Shown in pieces: positions 13,491 to 25,098 of a stretch of DNA of 64,000 bases. A program made the position numbers and the translations under genes. The DNA comes from Eledone cirrhosa (Eukaryota): NCBI GenBank assembly GCA_964016885.1, contig OZ024740.1, forward strand, positions 46,128,001 to 46,192,000, given 5' to 3'. Below the pieces are notes generated by a model. The model saw only the letters and a list, made by a program, of their open reading frames with translations. It did no database searches and was not told the origin of the DNA. Every line of letters begins with the position of its first letter. Positions within the stretch are counted from its first letter, which is position 1.

Positions 13491-13699
13491 ATTGTCAAAC
13501 CAGAATTACGTCCTTGTCATGGGTTGTATTTTTTCGACATAAGCGACCCTTGTTTTAGAAAAACCGTAAGCGACAAGCAACAAAACATGGAAGACATATT
13601 TGAACACAGCATATAGCAATATGTGAGAAAAAATATATCCAACTCAAATCTAAATGAAACTTCAAAAGGCAACCCAGAGCGAAATGGGAATTTCCTCAG

Positions 13700-14610
13700 T
13701 TACAAAGCGGATTATATAGAGACAATGCTTTGTTTAACTATAAAAACTATTGTAACAATGAGCTCGAAATAACTAGGAAATACCTATATAGATTCTTTGA
13801 AAATTATAACGTATATGTAACTAAAGATAAGAATGCGAAAGTTGATAAATTTCTCGATGTCACTTTTAAATTAGATATTGGTTTATATAGACCAGGTGAA
13901 TTCTTGTTTTGTGTACATAGGCATTCCAGCCACCCAAGGTTTATTATTAAATCCATAGTAATGTATCTAGAAGAATTTATCGATTGTCAGTCAGCGAGAA
14001 AATTTTGCTTTGCCAAAAAGCTGATTACAATAACGAAGCATTACCTAGATCAGGATATAAAGAGAAAAATATTTTACCTCTATTAATTATAATGATTCTA
14101 AAAATCCTTCTAAGAATATAGTTACCATCAAAAATATGTCTAAACTTAATAGTAATAATAGTTATAATACGTATATTAGTAATATTATTGATAGTAATAT
14201 AAATAATAAAAATAAGGGTATTCTAAGCTTGGAAAATAATAGGCAATTTTTTTAGTGGAGTCAATTATAAATATAGGAGTAATTATGCAGGAAACATTAA
14301 AATTGTCAACCTACGTAATCCTTATTATAGGAAACTAAATGAACCAAATCAATCAACAACCAACACAAATAATTGTAGATCTCACGCGAACAACAATAAG
14401 ATGAATAAAATCAATACTTCTAACCATGAACTGAATACATGGGGATAGATATGTCCATTGATTGGGAAATACTATAATTCAGCCTTCTATGAGGAAAAAG
14501 AATCACTGTCGAAAAAATACAGAGTTCAAGTCACTTCCAATATACCTACGTTTTTCTTTAATATTTCAGATAAAGAATTTTTCCAGAGTATACATAGTAA
14601 ACGACTAGGG
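13700..14610 (+). mobile_element. Degenerate PLE of a second family (RT thumb and Asn-rich linker)
   Basis: DKFLDVTFKLDIGLYRP...VHRHSSHPRFIIKSI. TSNIPTFFFNISDKEF resembles ASNIPKLFFDIVDRNF at ~31950 on the minus strand. Confidence 0.65.
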
Positions 14611-14829
14611 AAGATGGAGCAATGGGTGACACCTGTAGCTCACAAGAAAACTCTCCAGTGACGCAGCTATGATGAGACTAATACAAGTCGCCTCTAAAAA
14701 AACCTAGTCTTCTTGGGATTGACAAAGTACCAGATAGGTGACTGGGGCGAATAATATAATATATATATATATATAATTGACATCCATCCGTCTACGAGAG
14801 ACGATGATGTAGTGTCAAGAGATGTATTC

Positions 14830-15100
14830 ATCGCGTGGCTTAGTGGCTAGAGCGTCGAATTCACAATCGTGAGGTTGTGAGTTCGATTCCCGGACCGGGC
14901 GATGCATTGTGTTCTTAAGAAAGATACTTTATTTCACGTTGCACCAGTTTACTCAGCTGTCGGCCTTTACCTTCTTGGTCAACATCGGTGGCGTGGAGGC
15001 AGGAGACTGGTATGCATGGGTGACAGCTCGTCTTCCACAAAAACATCTTGCCCGGACTTGTGTCACGGAAGGGAAACTTTCTAGGTGACCGAAGGGAGTC
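14830..15100 (+). mobile_element. tRNA-derived SINE, family B
   Basis: Head gcgtggcttagtggctagagc (A box) and gttcgattccc (B box), followed by the central block tgtgttcttaagaaagatactttatttcacg and a tail. Confidence 0.8.
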
Positions 15101-15324
15101 TTTACCCTTATCCATATATATATCGTTGACGGGCGTGAGAAAAAGTACTCAAAACTGAAATAGAGTTTAAAAATTCATTTAATATGACTATGTGGTGAGT
15201 CTTGTTATCCTGGAGTTTTACGTGCCCACTTGCAGGATCATCAGACAAAACTCTTCTAACCATTCATATATCCTATATAACTGTTACAAGGTCTTTCGTT
15301 GTTGTTGTTTTTTTTGTTTTTTTT

Positions 15325-16152
15325 GTTTTTTTTTTAACATTTAAGTATCAGATGAAAGAATGGTATTTAACTAATGTATTGGTACGCGATGGGGCCCACC
15401 CACAGCCCCGGCAGACAGAATGGAGAAGGCGTGTCCCCGGAGAACGACAAGGGAGACGCGCTGGAAAAGCCACTACAACTCGCGGGGCTCACACCTGCGG
15501 CTGGCCAGCTCAGCGCCTATGGTGGTGAGTAAGGAGGTAGCCCTGGGGCCGAGGACACCAGAAGTCTCTACTGCCAGGGGAACGACCGCAAACCTGTCGG
15601 AGAGCGACCGGTATTTGAGGAGTTTGGCCCCTTCAGCCCGACGTGCAGCAGAACCTGGGTCAGTCGCAGACTGCACCAGATTGCGGCTGCAAAAAGTGTC
15701 GGTGCAAGTGGTATCCCAGACGAGGGGTTTGCCACCGTGGAACGGGAAGATGGTCATGCCATCTGGCCTTTTGCCGTCCCCTCGATCCAGCCCCACCGGC
15801 TCGAGCTGGGAAGGGAAGCCTGCAGCGTCCAAGCCATGCTTAATGACCTCGTTGAGGGGAGCAAAGCGTGGAATGCGGCCGGCACTGTGGCGATAGGAAA
15901 GCGGGTGGAGGCCGAAAGAGTCCACGGTGGAACCGCAGCGACATTGGTGTGGCTGGCAGATCCGGAGGCCGAGCCTCAGGGAAACGCCGATTCGCAGGCT
16001 ATCGTTGTCTAGCTACGTGCCAGTGGAGAAGGAGGGCAGGGAATGGATACAGGAACCACTGTGGGGTTTGGAGGCCCCACGAAAATAAGCAAGGCAGTGC
16101 TGGTTGAGCTGGCGCGTGAGCCTGTCTGAAGTCAGGCTGCACTGGATGGCAA
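15325..16152 (-). mobile_element. 5'-truncated CRE-like non-LTR retrotransposon (RLE endonuclease end and poly-A tail)
   Basis: ORF 15473-15925 has EPVGLDRGDGKRPDGMT...LVWDTTCTDT...KLLKY...PLAVETSG (PD-(D/E)xK RLE). It closely matches ~47500-48310, and a poly-T run lies at ~15310-15337. Confidence 0.88.
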
Positions 16153-16159
16153 ATATTGG

Positions 16160-17330
16160 TCTCTCTCTCCACTGAACTGGAGGTAAAACTACAATTATAG
16201 CATTACTAATAATGATTATAATTATTTATTTATTAAATGTATACCGTTTCATTAATACCTATAATAATATATCTATATAGTTGTACAAATATCTTTATCT
16301 AGTGTAATAAGATACTCGTAGTTACATTTATAAATACACTCAAATGACACTCTATATTGTTATAAGTGTTTGATATTTCCTGGAAGTTCGAATTTATATA
16401 ATGATTTTTACTTAATATAATATAATTTAATTTAACTTATTTTATTTTAATTAAATTTAGATTACCTTCGGCTTTTTCAAATACTTAGCTCCTCTTTCTA
16501 TCACATTCGCTAAAATATTTTAGATGTATCTTTTGTCTACTATATTAAAACCCTATTACATTTATAATATATTTTTAATATTGGGCATATTTAAGTTTCG
16601 CAAACAATTCATTATCTTTTATTTGTATATTTACTTTGGATCTAGCCCCTATCATTAGGACTCATGTAGTTTTGACTTATATGTTTATAGTGTATATCAA
16701 CTAAATGAAAATAATTGATCTAAAACATTAATTTTTTAACAATATTTTTTAACAATATTTTGTGAACAATATTTTCAGTAACTTATTTACTATATTGTAT
16801 TATTGTATTATATTATATATATTTGAAAGGTTTCACCTCAATTATAAACAAATAATAGACTATAATCCTTGTATATTTTTTGATCAACACATATATATAT
16901 AATTAAAAATTCAGACTTCTTTAAGTTTAGTTATAAGGCCGGTTGATCCTTTAAGCACTCAAACTATTTAACAATAAATTCTTTAATAATTATAACTAGA
17001 ATTATTTTATGAATTGTATTATATAAACTGTTGTCAATATTATAAATAATTTTGGTACAGATTACCTTCGTGAGGGTATAAAAGCATTATATATTTTCTT
17101 TCTCGTGTTTCGTAAATCCTTTAAATTTGTTTTCATAAAATTTGAATTTTAAAAATTAAACATAATTATAATATTAATACAAATACCTATTAACTTTTAA
17201 AACCTAAAATATTATTCATTACTCTGAAATAACTTAGATTAAATATTTTGAATACTAACGGCCAAATATATTAATTTGGGTATATGGAAAATTGTATATA
17301 AACTTGAACATAAATTACTCCCCTTTGTCT
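16160..17330 (-). mobile_element. Possible ancient PLE remnant (AT-rich)
   Basis: The minus strand gives an ITLD..LY/CTTI-like RT motif near 16270-16310, and a hammerhead-like motif lies at 17656. The signal is weak. Confidence 0.3.
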
Positions 17331-17648
17331 CTCTCTCTTTAATCATTTTTCATTTGTTTTTTCGAGCCACCTATTAAATATATTATCACATCAGCTGTTT
17401 CTTCCTCTATGCTTTCCTTTCCCTCCTCTTTCTTCGGTATTTTTTTTTTTTTAGAAATTTTTTTATAACTGTTATATTGATGCCATGTATTTTTTAAGTT
17501 GTATTACACGCACCCTCTCTATTGTTTGTATTATGTTATCTCATGTTCTCAATATTAGGGTATAAATACTGAGTTTTGTCATATGTTAATCACTACCATG
17601 GCTGAATCTTAACCATCTATTATGTCAGGGTATGTCATGCATCATCCT

Positions 17649-17712
17649 TTTTTATCTGATGAGGACGTACTGTTAAACTTAACTCGGTACCTCTGAAATA
17701 TGTATAATAAAA
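17649..17712 (+). ncRNA. Degenerate hammerhead-like motif
   Basis: CTGATGA-ggacgtac...gtacctct-GAAA-tatg-TA. Stems I and II are imperfect. Confidence 0.4.
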
Positions 17713-17829
17713 TATAATTGATCACAAGAATATCTATTTTGTTAATATTTTGAATTAATATATATATATATAGATATAGATATATATACATGTGTGTGTG
17801 CGCGCATTTATGACCCGTAACTTAGAGCT

Positions 17830-17945
17830 TCGACAAAACGAGATCAATAAAATAAATACTGATACTGTTGACTTTACGATCGACTAAATCTCTTAAAGCG
17901 GTGCCCCAGCATTGCCGCAGTGCAATGGCTGAAACCCAGTCAAGG
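17830..17945 (+). mobile_element. SINE 3' fragment
   Basis: aataaatactg...cgatcgactaaatctcttaaagcggtgccccagcattgccgcag, continuing the aataaagtaccag block seen in other SINE copies. Confidence 0.5.
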
Positions 17946-18279
17946 AATGAAGGAGTAAAACAATAAATAGAAGCATTGTTTAAGGATAATTCTGATATAA
18001 TCATAAAAATAGTCAATGTTTTGATCTTACACTGAATATTTTTATATTATTTAACCAAAATAAAAAAAAAACATTGTAAAGAAAAAAATTAAAACAAAAT
18101 TATAGACGTTATAATTTGTACCAAATGTTTTATTGATGCATTTTAAATGTGTCCAAATTTTATGGACGTTAAACCAAATATTAAATTAATTTACAATAAA
18201 CAGTAGGTTTTCAGAAGTGGTCTAATTTATTTGGTTTTAATATTGATTTCTGAATAAGATACTAGGACAGAAAATTCAG

Positions 18280-18445
18280 ACAAAGGGCTAAGTTGATTAA
18301 ATCAACCCAAGTACTTGACTGGTTCTTTATTTTATCCACCCTGGAGTTGGCGTTGGTAGGATTTGAACTCAGAAGGTAAAGTGCCAGAAAAATACTACAA
18401 TGGCATTTTATCCGACGCTCTAATAATTCTGCTGGCCCGCCATGC
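18280..18445 (-). mobile_element. tRNA-derived SINE related to family A
   Basis: ggatttgaactcag (B box, reverse complement) and tttattttatc. Confidence 0.7.
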
Positions 18446-18467
18446 TAATGCGTGATTATTATATTGG

Positions 18468-18642
18468 TGGCAGTATCGGTAGAGGGTTGGACGCCATGCT
18501 TTCTAGCATAGTTACGTCCCTTTACGGTCTGAGTTCAAATCCAGCCGCGGTTAACTTTGCCTTTCATCCTTACGAGGTCGATAAAATAAAGTACCAGTAA
18601 TGTACTAGGTAATTGCTGGCCTTGTGCCAAAAGTAGAAACAA
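18468..18642 (+). mobile_element. tRNA-derived SINE, family A, with attatatt TSD
   Basis: ggcagtatcggtagag...gagttcaaatcc...gtgccaaaagtagaaacaat. The sequence attatatt is present on both sides. Confidence 0.85.
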
Positions 18643-18649
18643 TTATATT

Positions 18650-19262
18650 AAAAGCTGTGCAAATTAATCCTGCCGCCATTGATGTCCAACTAGTAGTAGG
18701 ACATATCAAAATATTTTTCAGGGCAGTCGTTGAACCTTTTCCCCCAGCTATATTTAGAGTGGGGGTAATAGTTGGAGTAGTTGTTGCACTTAGATTGATT
18801 TTTATGTGGGGGAACATAATAGTTATGCAAATTCATGAGTGACTCGACATTGGAGCGATTACGATCAAAGAACCAAGTAAGGTAAGGACAGCAGTCGAAT
18901 ATAAAGTGTTGTCCTTGGCTGTCTGTACACTTGCTATTCATGTCCGACTGATATCCAGACATATCCATAAACCTCTCGGGAAATTCCATGAAGTAACGAT
19001 AACCTGGACAGTTATTAACATCATAATGACCGAAACGGTGATACTTAGGTCTACCATTGTATCTATCGTTATCAGAATATCTGCCGTGGAATTCATAGTA
19101 TCTAGGATCCACCATTCTTCTTCCACAAGAATCCATGTATCTGCCTTGGAAGTCCATAGTCCTTTTGCTCATTGGTTCCATGTTGCCGTGATATCTAAAG
19201 CTGTGTATATTGAAATAGGAGAATTGGTCACCAAAACTGTAGGTTTGTTGGTTTGATTCAAA
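18650..19262 (-). pseudogene. reflectin: Reflectin-family sequence, degenerate with a premature stop (probable pseudogene or truncated paralogue)
   Basis: ORF 18690-19334 contains the N-terminal reflectin motif MEPMSKRTMDFQGRYMDSCGRRMVDPRYY (ATG at 19181), the repeat motif FPERFMDMSGYQSDMNSKCTDSQG, and a third motif CPEKYFDMSYY*LDINGGRINLHS in which TAG replaces Q. A candidate splice acceptor (tttcag) lies just upstream of 19262. Confidence 0.92.
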
Positions 19263-19398
19263 CTGAAATTTAAAGATGAATGCAGTAATTAACGAAAAAC
19301 TCAGTACAGTATTTGCAGGGTTTCTATGTGTCATATATACATATTACTATAAATGTTTCCAGACATCTATACAGACAAATTTACACACAAACAAGTAA

Positions 19399-19499
<101 letters not shown>

Positions 19500-19603
19500 T
19501 GTGTGAGTATGTGTGTGTATGTATACATGTATGTATGTAAGTATATATATATATATGTATGTATGTACGTATATGTGCTCGTGTATGTATGTCGGTATGT
19601 ATG

Positions 19604-19948
19604 TTCTTCTGGTTTTATAATTTCACAAATGTTTGCCAATAGAGAGAGAGAGTCGGTTTCTAACATAGATACAAGACTCTCTCATTGGAATTTACACATC
19701 AACTAGGTATATATGTATGCATGCATGTGTAGATATGGATGTTATTGTATGTGTGGATGTTTTGAGTTGTATGTGTGCATGTGTATATGCAGTTATTAGA
19801 TGCAACATTTTTGGAATATTTTACATACTTTTACTGTTCCATTAATGGATTGTACTTGTAATTTCCTAACTAGTTGTTTTTTTTTCCTGTTCCTGTGAAG
19901 CCCAGCTTCTCAAGAATTGTATTGAAGCAGTTACTAAGGCAGTTACTA
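19604..19948 (-). mobile_element. 5'-truncated 3' end of the R4/Dong-like LINE (same family as 37880-41994), bounded by (TATG)n
   Basis: Reverse complement matches ~41620-41994 (LEKLGFTGT..., 3' UTR ending aaaaccagaagaa followed by CATA repeats). Confidence 0.9.
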
Positions 19949-19994
19949 TGTATGTATGTATGTATGTATGTATGTATGTATGTATGTATGTATG

Positions 19995-20604
19995 TCAGGT
20001 CACCAGTTGGTGCTACTGGTAACATGTATCCCAGTACAACCTGTCTCATGGTCGGGTCGTTGGCGACTAAACTGGCAACCCCACCAAGGTTTCTTGGTGA
20101 GGAGGGTGACTTTGGACATCCTGCAGGACTAAAAACAAAACCTGTCAAAGGGCAAGGGAGCTCTTAAGACTCAATAGCCATCCAAAATCACCGGGAGAGA
20201 TGACCCCTTAGCCTTTGTCAAGGCAGAATTCTAGGAGAAGGAAAACTCTGATATAACACCTGCAACCCTGATGGTATCCAATGATGTTGACTTGTTCTTC
20301 TTTTTGGTAAATATCATCTTGGTTAAGAGAGTGGGACTGGCTTTGTGCAGTGCCTTTGTTCACTATAAAAGCTTCACAGCACAGGCATTGCTTTATATCT
20401 GGAGATCTCTCTGCACTTGTCATCACATGGTACCATGGGCCCTGCACTATGTGTCAATAATGGTCACAAGTGTAGTCTTTGTACCAGAGTTTTCAAGTCG
20501 CTGGCTGGACTAAAAAGTCACATTCGTTCAGCGCATCGGTAGGGGTTCTCCTACATGGATATAAAGTAGTGGCCGTACTCGAAAACGAGTTGGCAGCCAC
20601 CACC
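19995..20604 (+). mobile_element. Internally deleted RTE-like LINE (5' UTR joined to the ORF C-terminus and 3' end), flanked by (TATG)n
   Basis: The 3' part encodes a C2H2 finger, HKCSLCTRVFKSLAGLKSHIRSAHR*. The 5' part has diverged relatives at ~23270-23410 (-) and ~37765-37820 (-). Confidence 0.55.
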
Positions 20605-20907
20605 ATGTATGTATGTATGTATGTATGTATGTATGTATAAGAAACGAAGCTTATCAAATAGAATTAACACACCCTCGGTCGTTTTCTCACCTGCTCAATA
20701 ATTTAATTAAGTTTGTATTATTAAAATACAAACCCAACAACTAGAGTGCTGACTTATGTTAATATTAGTGAGAAAAATGACTTCGTGTGGATAGAAATTT
20801 GAAGTCCCCAGGTTCCCGGACCGATGCATAAGTTTCTGTGTTTGTTTTGCAAGATTCTTGATGTGAAATCGTGTGTTAAAACAGATATTGCGAAACTGAT
20901 ATTATTA

Positions 20908-21086
20908 TAGAGTGTTTCAAAAATAATTTGATACCATTTGAGATATAAATATTCCAGAAACTACAAAGTCTTTGGCAACGTGACCGAACCGGATTAATGT
21001 TGAGCAGCATAAGATTTATTCCTCAAAATTTGAATGAACGATTTCTTGGATATTTACATCTCAAATGATATTTTTGAAACACCCTG
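20908..21086. mobile_element. Tc1/mariner-type MITE
   Basis: TA|tagagtgtttcaaaaat...atttttgaaacaccctg|TA, with extended inverted arms atttgagatataaatattccagaaa / tttcttggatatttacatctcaaat. Confidence 0.75.
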
Positions 21087-21164
21087 TACTTTGGAAAGAT
21101 CATGTTACCAATAAAAAAAAACATGCAGCGGTTGAGTTGCACTTCAATGTTATTTTGTGAATTG

Positions 21165-21778
21165 GCAATATCAGTAGAGGGTTGGACTCCGTGCTTTCTA
21201 GCATAGTTACATCCCTTTATGGTCTGAGTTCAAATCCCGTCGACGTTAACTTTGTCTTTCATCCTTACGGGGTCGATAGAATAAAGTACCAATGTACTGG
21301 GTAATTGCTGGCCTTGTGCCAAAAGTAGAAACAATTATTTTATGTCAGGTAAGGGCGGTGGATTGGCAGTATCGGTAGAGAGTCGGACACCAAGCTTTGC
21401 AGCATAGAGTTACGGTCCTTTACGGTCTGAGTTCAAATCCCGCGGAGGTTAACTTTGTCTTTCATCTTTACGGGGTCAATAAAATAAAGTACCAGTAACG
21501 TACTGTGGTCGATTTAATCGATTTTCCCCTCCCAGGCCTTGTGCCTATACTAGAAATCAATATTTTATGTCAGGGCGGTGGATTGGCAGTATCAGTAGAG
21601 GGTTGGACGCCATGCTTTGACGCATTGAGTTACGGCCCTTGCCATTCTGAGTTAAAATCCCGCCGAGGTTAACTTTGTCTTTCATCCTTACGGGGTCGAT
21701 AAAATAAAGTACCAGTAATACACTGGGGTAATAGCTGGCCTTGTGCCAAAAGTAGAAACAATTATTTTATGTCAGGTA
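21165..21778 (+). mobile_element. Three head-to-tail family A SINE copies
   Basis: Heads ggcagtatc at ~21165, 21365 and 21585. Each copy ends ...agaaacaattattttatgtcagg or a close variant. Confidence 0.88.
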
Positions 21779-22049
21779 ACTAATCTATTCCTTGATTTGT
21801 TTAGTAACCGGATCGTCGTTTTAAATACCATGTTTAATTGTCAAAAACCAACAGAACACACCCACACGTACACAAGAAAAACTTGGAGGAGAAACGAGGT
21901 ATAAAGACACACAAACATACAGAGACACATACAAACACATGCATACACATGCCAAACACGGGAGCTTGTGGAGGTAGCTGCTCATAAAGATACACATACA
22001 GGTACAAACACGCATGCATGTGCAGATCACATACACACAGAGGAACATG

Positions 22050-22430
22050 AATAGTCATTGAGAAGGTCACACGAAAGGGCTATGACAATTAAATATGACA
22101 ATTAAACAACGATCCGGTTATTAAACTAACCTAGAAATGGATCACAGTTAACTAATAATAATTGTTTCTATTTTTGGCACAAGGCGAGCTATTACCCCAG
22201 TGCATTACTGGTACTTTATTTTATTGACACCGTAAGGATGAAATGCAAAGTTAACCTCGGCGGGATTTGAACTCAGACCGTAAAGGGGCGTAACTCTATG
22301 ATGCAAAGCATGGCGTTCGACCCTCTACCGATACTGCCAATCAACCTGATAATAATAAAGCTGGAGTGAAGTTCAACTGGTATATGTGTTTTTATTAGCA
22401 ACGCGACCCTTCCAAAGTATACAAACACAC
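22050..22430 (+). mobile_element. Degenerate pLTR-like repeat, interrupted by a minus-strand family A SINE (~22160-22345)
   Basis: gtca-ttgagaa-ggtcacac-gaaa...tgac is a decayed hammerhead. gtgtttttattagcaacgcgacccttccaaagtat matches 11341-11375. taataataa flanks the SINE on both sides. Confidence 0.65.
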
Positions 22431-22461
22431 ACACATACACACAGATGTGTATATATATGTA

Positions 22462-22507
<46 letters not shown>

Positions 22508-23099
22508 CACACAACTAAAACCGTATACGCCTCAACTAGAATGTAAACAAATTTAAATCAAACCCGTGTTATCCATGAACCAAAGCAAACGTAAACTGCA
22601 ATCCTACAATCAACCCTACCCACAAAACCATACCACATCAACTTGAATTCAAACAAAGCCAAACAACAACCAGCGGAGTCCAATTACTGGGATAAGGCGG
22701 ACGTCATCCGGCTGCAATCGTAGTATTACAGTTTCTATTATACTCTATACAGGATAACTGCCACTTCTTTACAGAAGAGGACCATTTCTTCATGGTTAAC
22801 AGTGCAGTGACGTTAGGATTTAGTCTCGAGCTGCCCACGTGTGTATTTGTGACTATGTGCTTCTAACAGGTCGAGTCTACACACGTTACCACTCCTCCAT
22901 CACTATGGGACTCGAGAAGAAATATTTGCTTATAAAGACGGCAATGCTACGAGCTTGTGCTAAACACATAGCACCCACTCCATCCCCGCAGCTAGGTGTC
23001 CAGTGACAAGCCGAGGCAAGATAACAGGACAGTTCCGAGAATCACATGTGTTATTGTCATGTAGTTTAACCTCTTCAGGGGGTGTAGCCATACTCACCA

Positions 23100-23410
23100 G
23101 GTTTGGCCAATTGCAGGTTGGTGGGGCTATATTACCCATAGTTGGAGTAGATGGCCGTTGACTCTGAGGAGTTCATCCACCCTCTGATAACTATTGTTTT
23201 TGTACTGCTGGGTTTTCACTTACTCTCTTCCCAAGATCAGGGTCTGACGGGGGGGGGGGGGTTAGCCTCAATGGACCACCTGATTATGAAACAGGCTGTA
23301 CTGGGCTACATGGTACCAGTAGTAGGCAGAGACCTGAGTTGGATGGCCAGTCTTGATATGATGTCATGTGACGTCAGGAGTTTTTAACAATCTACTTCCT
23401 AGACCAGACA
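23100..23410 (-). mobile_element. Fragment related to the 5' end of the 19995 element
   Basis: aaacaggctgtactgggctacatggtaccagtag...gacctga is a diverged reverse complement of ~19995-20050. Confidence 0.5.
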
Positions 23411-23429
23411 TCCGTGGATTAAACTAACT

Positions 23430-23635
23430 AAAATGTGAACTTTGAATGTATGTTAGCTTAGAGTAAGCTGCTTCAACGCAGGTTTTTTTTATACTAGGAA
23501 AAGTATTGAAACAAGTTGAGCATATAAAACCTCAAAGTCGTATATATGGGTTTATATGCCCAACTTGTACTATTTTTCATAGTCAGAAATCCTGCATTGA
23601 AGCAGTTAGAAAACATATTCAAAATTCGTAATTTG
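23430..23635. mobile_element. Degenerate MITE-like inverted repeat
   Basis: tttgaatgtatgtt...ctgcttcaacgcagg versus cctgcattgaagcag...aacatattcaaa. Confidence 0.45.
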
Positions 23636-24281
23636 CTCAACGCTTCATGAATACGTTTGATTGACTAAAATATATAATTATTGAACAGGATTTATTTATA
23701 AACTAGTAACTAGAGGTGAAAATAGATTACAATGATGCTTTGCGCCCAAGGGTTAGAGCCCATCACCCCTTTTCCTCCCCATTCTTCTGTGACACTAGAG
23801 CCATTGCCATTCCCATCCTTTTCCGTTTTCATAAACACAAAAGACACTTGAATTTTTTACAATAAAACTGTCAAGTTAAAAAAAAAATGCTAAATAAGGA
23901 GTGTGTTCATTTATACAAAGATATATAAGAGTTCTAGAGATATTTGGAAAGTGTAATAAATATTTTCACGAATCTACTGAAATGTTCTCCAATAAAAACG
24001 TTGTATTTTCATTTTGTCAGAAGTTACATCCTGTTGCTACATTCAGCTTAGGTAGATAACATTAGATGCCAAGACTTGTATACTGTGTGCATATATGAGT
24101 TGTCACGGTATTTGTGCCAACGTCATATATTGTGTATACAGGGTCTATACATAATGTATATGTAGTGCATATATAGTGTATATATATATATATATAGTGT
24201 GTACATGAGTTGCGACGACATTGGTGCCAAGCTATATTGTCCTTTACTGTTCCCCTGGACATGATATATAGTGTATATATA

Positions 24282-24353
<72 letters not shown>

Positions 24354-24403
24354 AAAAAATGAAATTTCATTTCTCACTCTTAGTACGGCTGATACTCAAA
24401 TAC

Positions 24404-25098
24404 AAGTATGTATACGTACATACATATATGTATACAGACGTACAGTAGTATGTACATACATACATGCACACATTTATATATGTACGTATGGGTTTACCGA
24501 ATATTTATTATAATGTTCGGTTTGTTTGTACTATTTCATTTTTTCCATTATCGTTTTCGGTACGCCCGGCCGACTAACTCACTCGATATGCAAATTAGGC
24601 TGCTCAGCCATTAATATGCATAAGGAAAGTATATACTTTCAAACGTTCAACTGAGAGGAAGGTATACGGTGCTGATGACAGCTAATAAGCTAGAAACTAG
24701 TTCATTGTTCCTTTGTCAGCGTTGAACAAAATGGCAACGATAGTTGCCGAACACTGTACGGCTTATAATTGTTTCTACTTTAGGCACAAGGCCAGCAATT
24801 ACATAGCATATTACTGGTACTTTATTTTATCGATCCCGTAAGGATGAAAGGCAAAGTTAACTTCGGTGGGATTTGAACTCAGATCATAAAGGGACGTAAC
24901 TCTATGCTAGAAAGCATGGCGTCCAACCCTCTACCGATACTGCCAAATGTGGGCTGTTTGTTTACAAACAAACCGAGCAATATAATAAATGTTCGGTAAA
25001 CCCATACGTACATATATATATATATATGTGTGCATGTATGTATGTATATACATACTACTGTACGTCTGTATACACATATGTATGTACGTATACATACT

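Noticed and set aside
14830-14900. Functional tRNA gene
   Set aside because: The tRNA-like A and B boxes continue directly into a SINE body and the acceptor stem is imperfect, so it is treated as a SINE head.
16160-17330. Mitochondrial insertion (NUMT)
   Set aside because: It is very AT-rich, but I could not recognise any mitochondrial protein, rRNA or tRNA motif. Weak PLE-like motifs fit better.
19263-19334. ORF-track N-terminus of the reflectin (MTHRNPANTV...)
   Set aside because: It is not reflectin-like and overlaps a probable intron polypyrimidine tract and acceptor.
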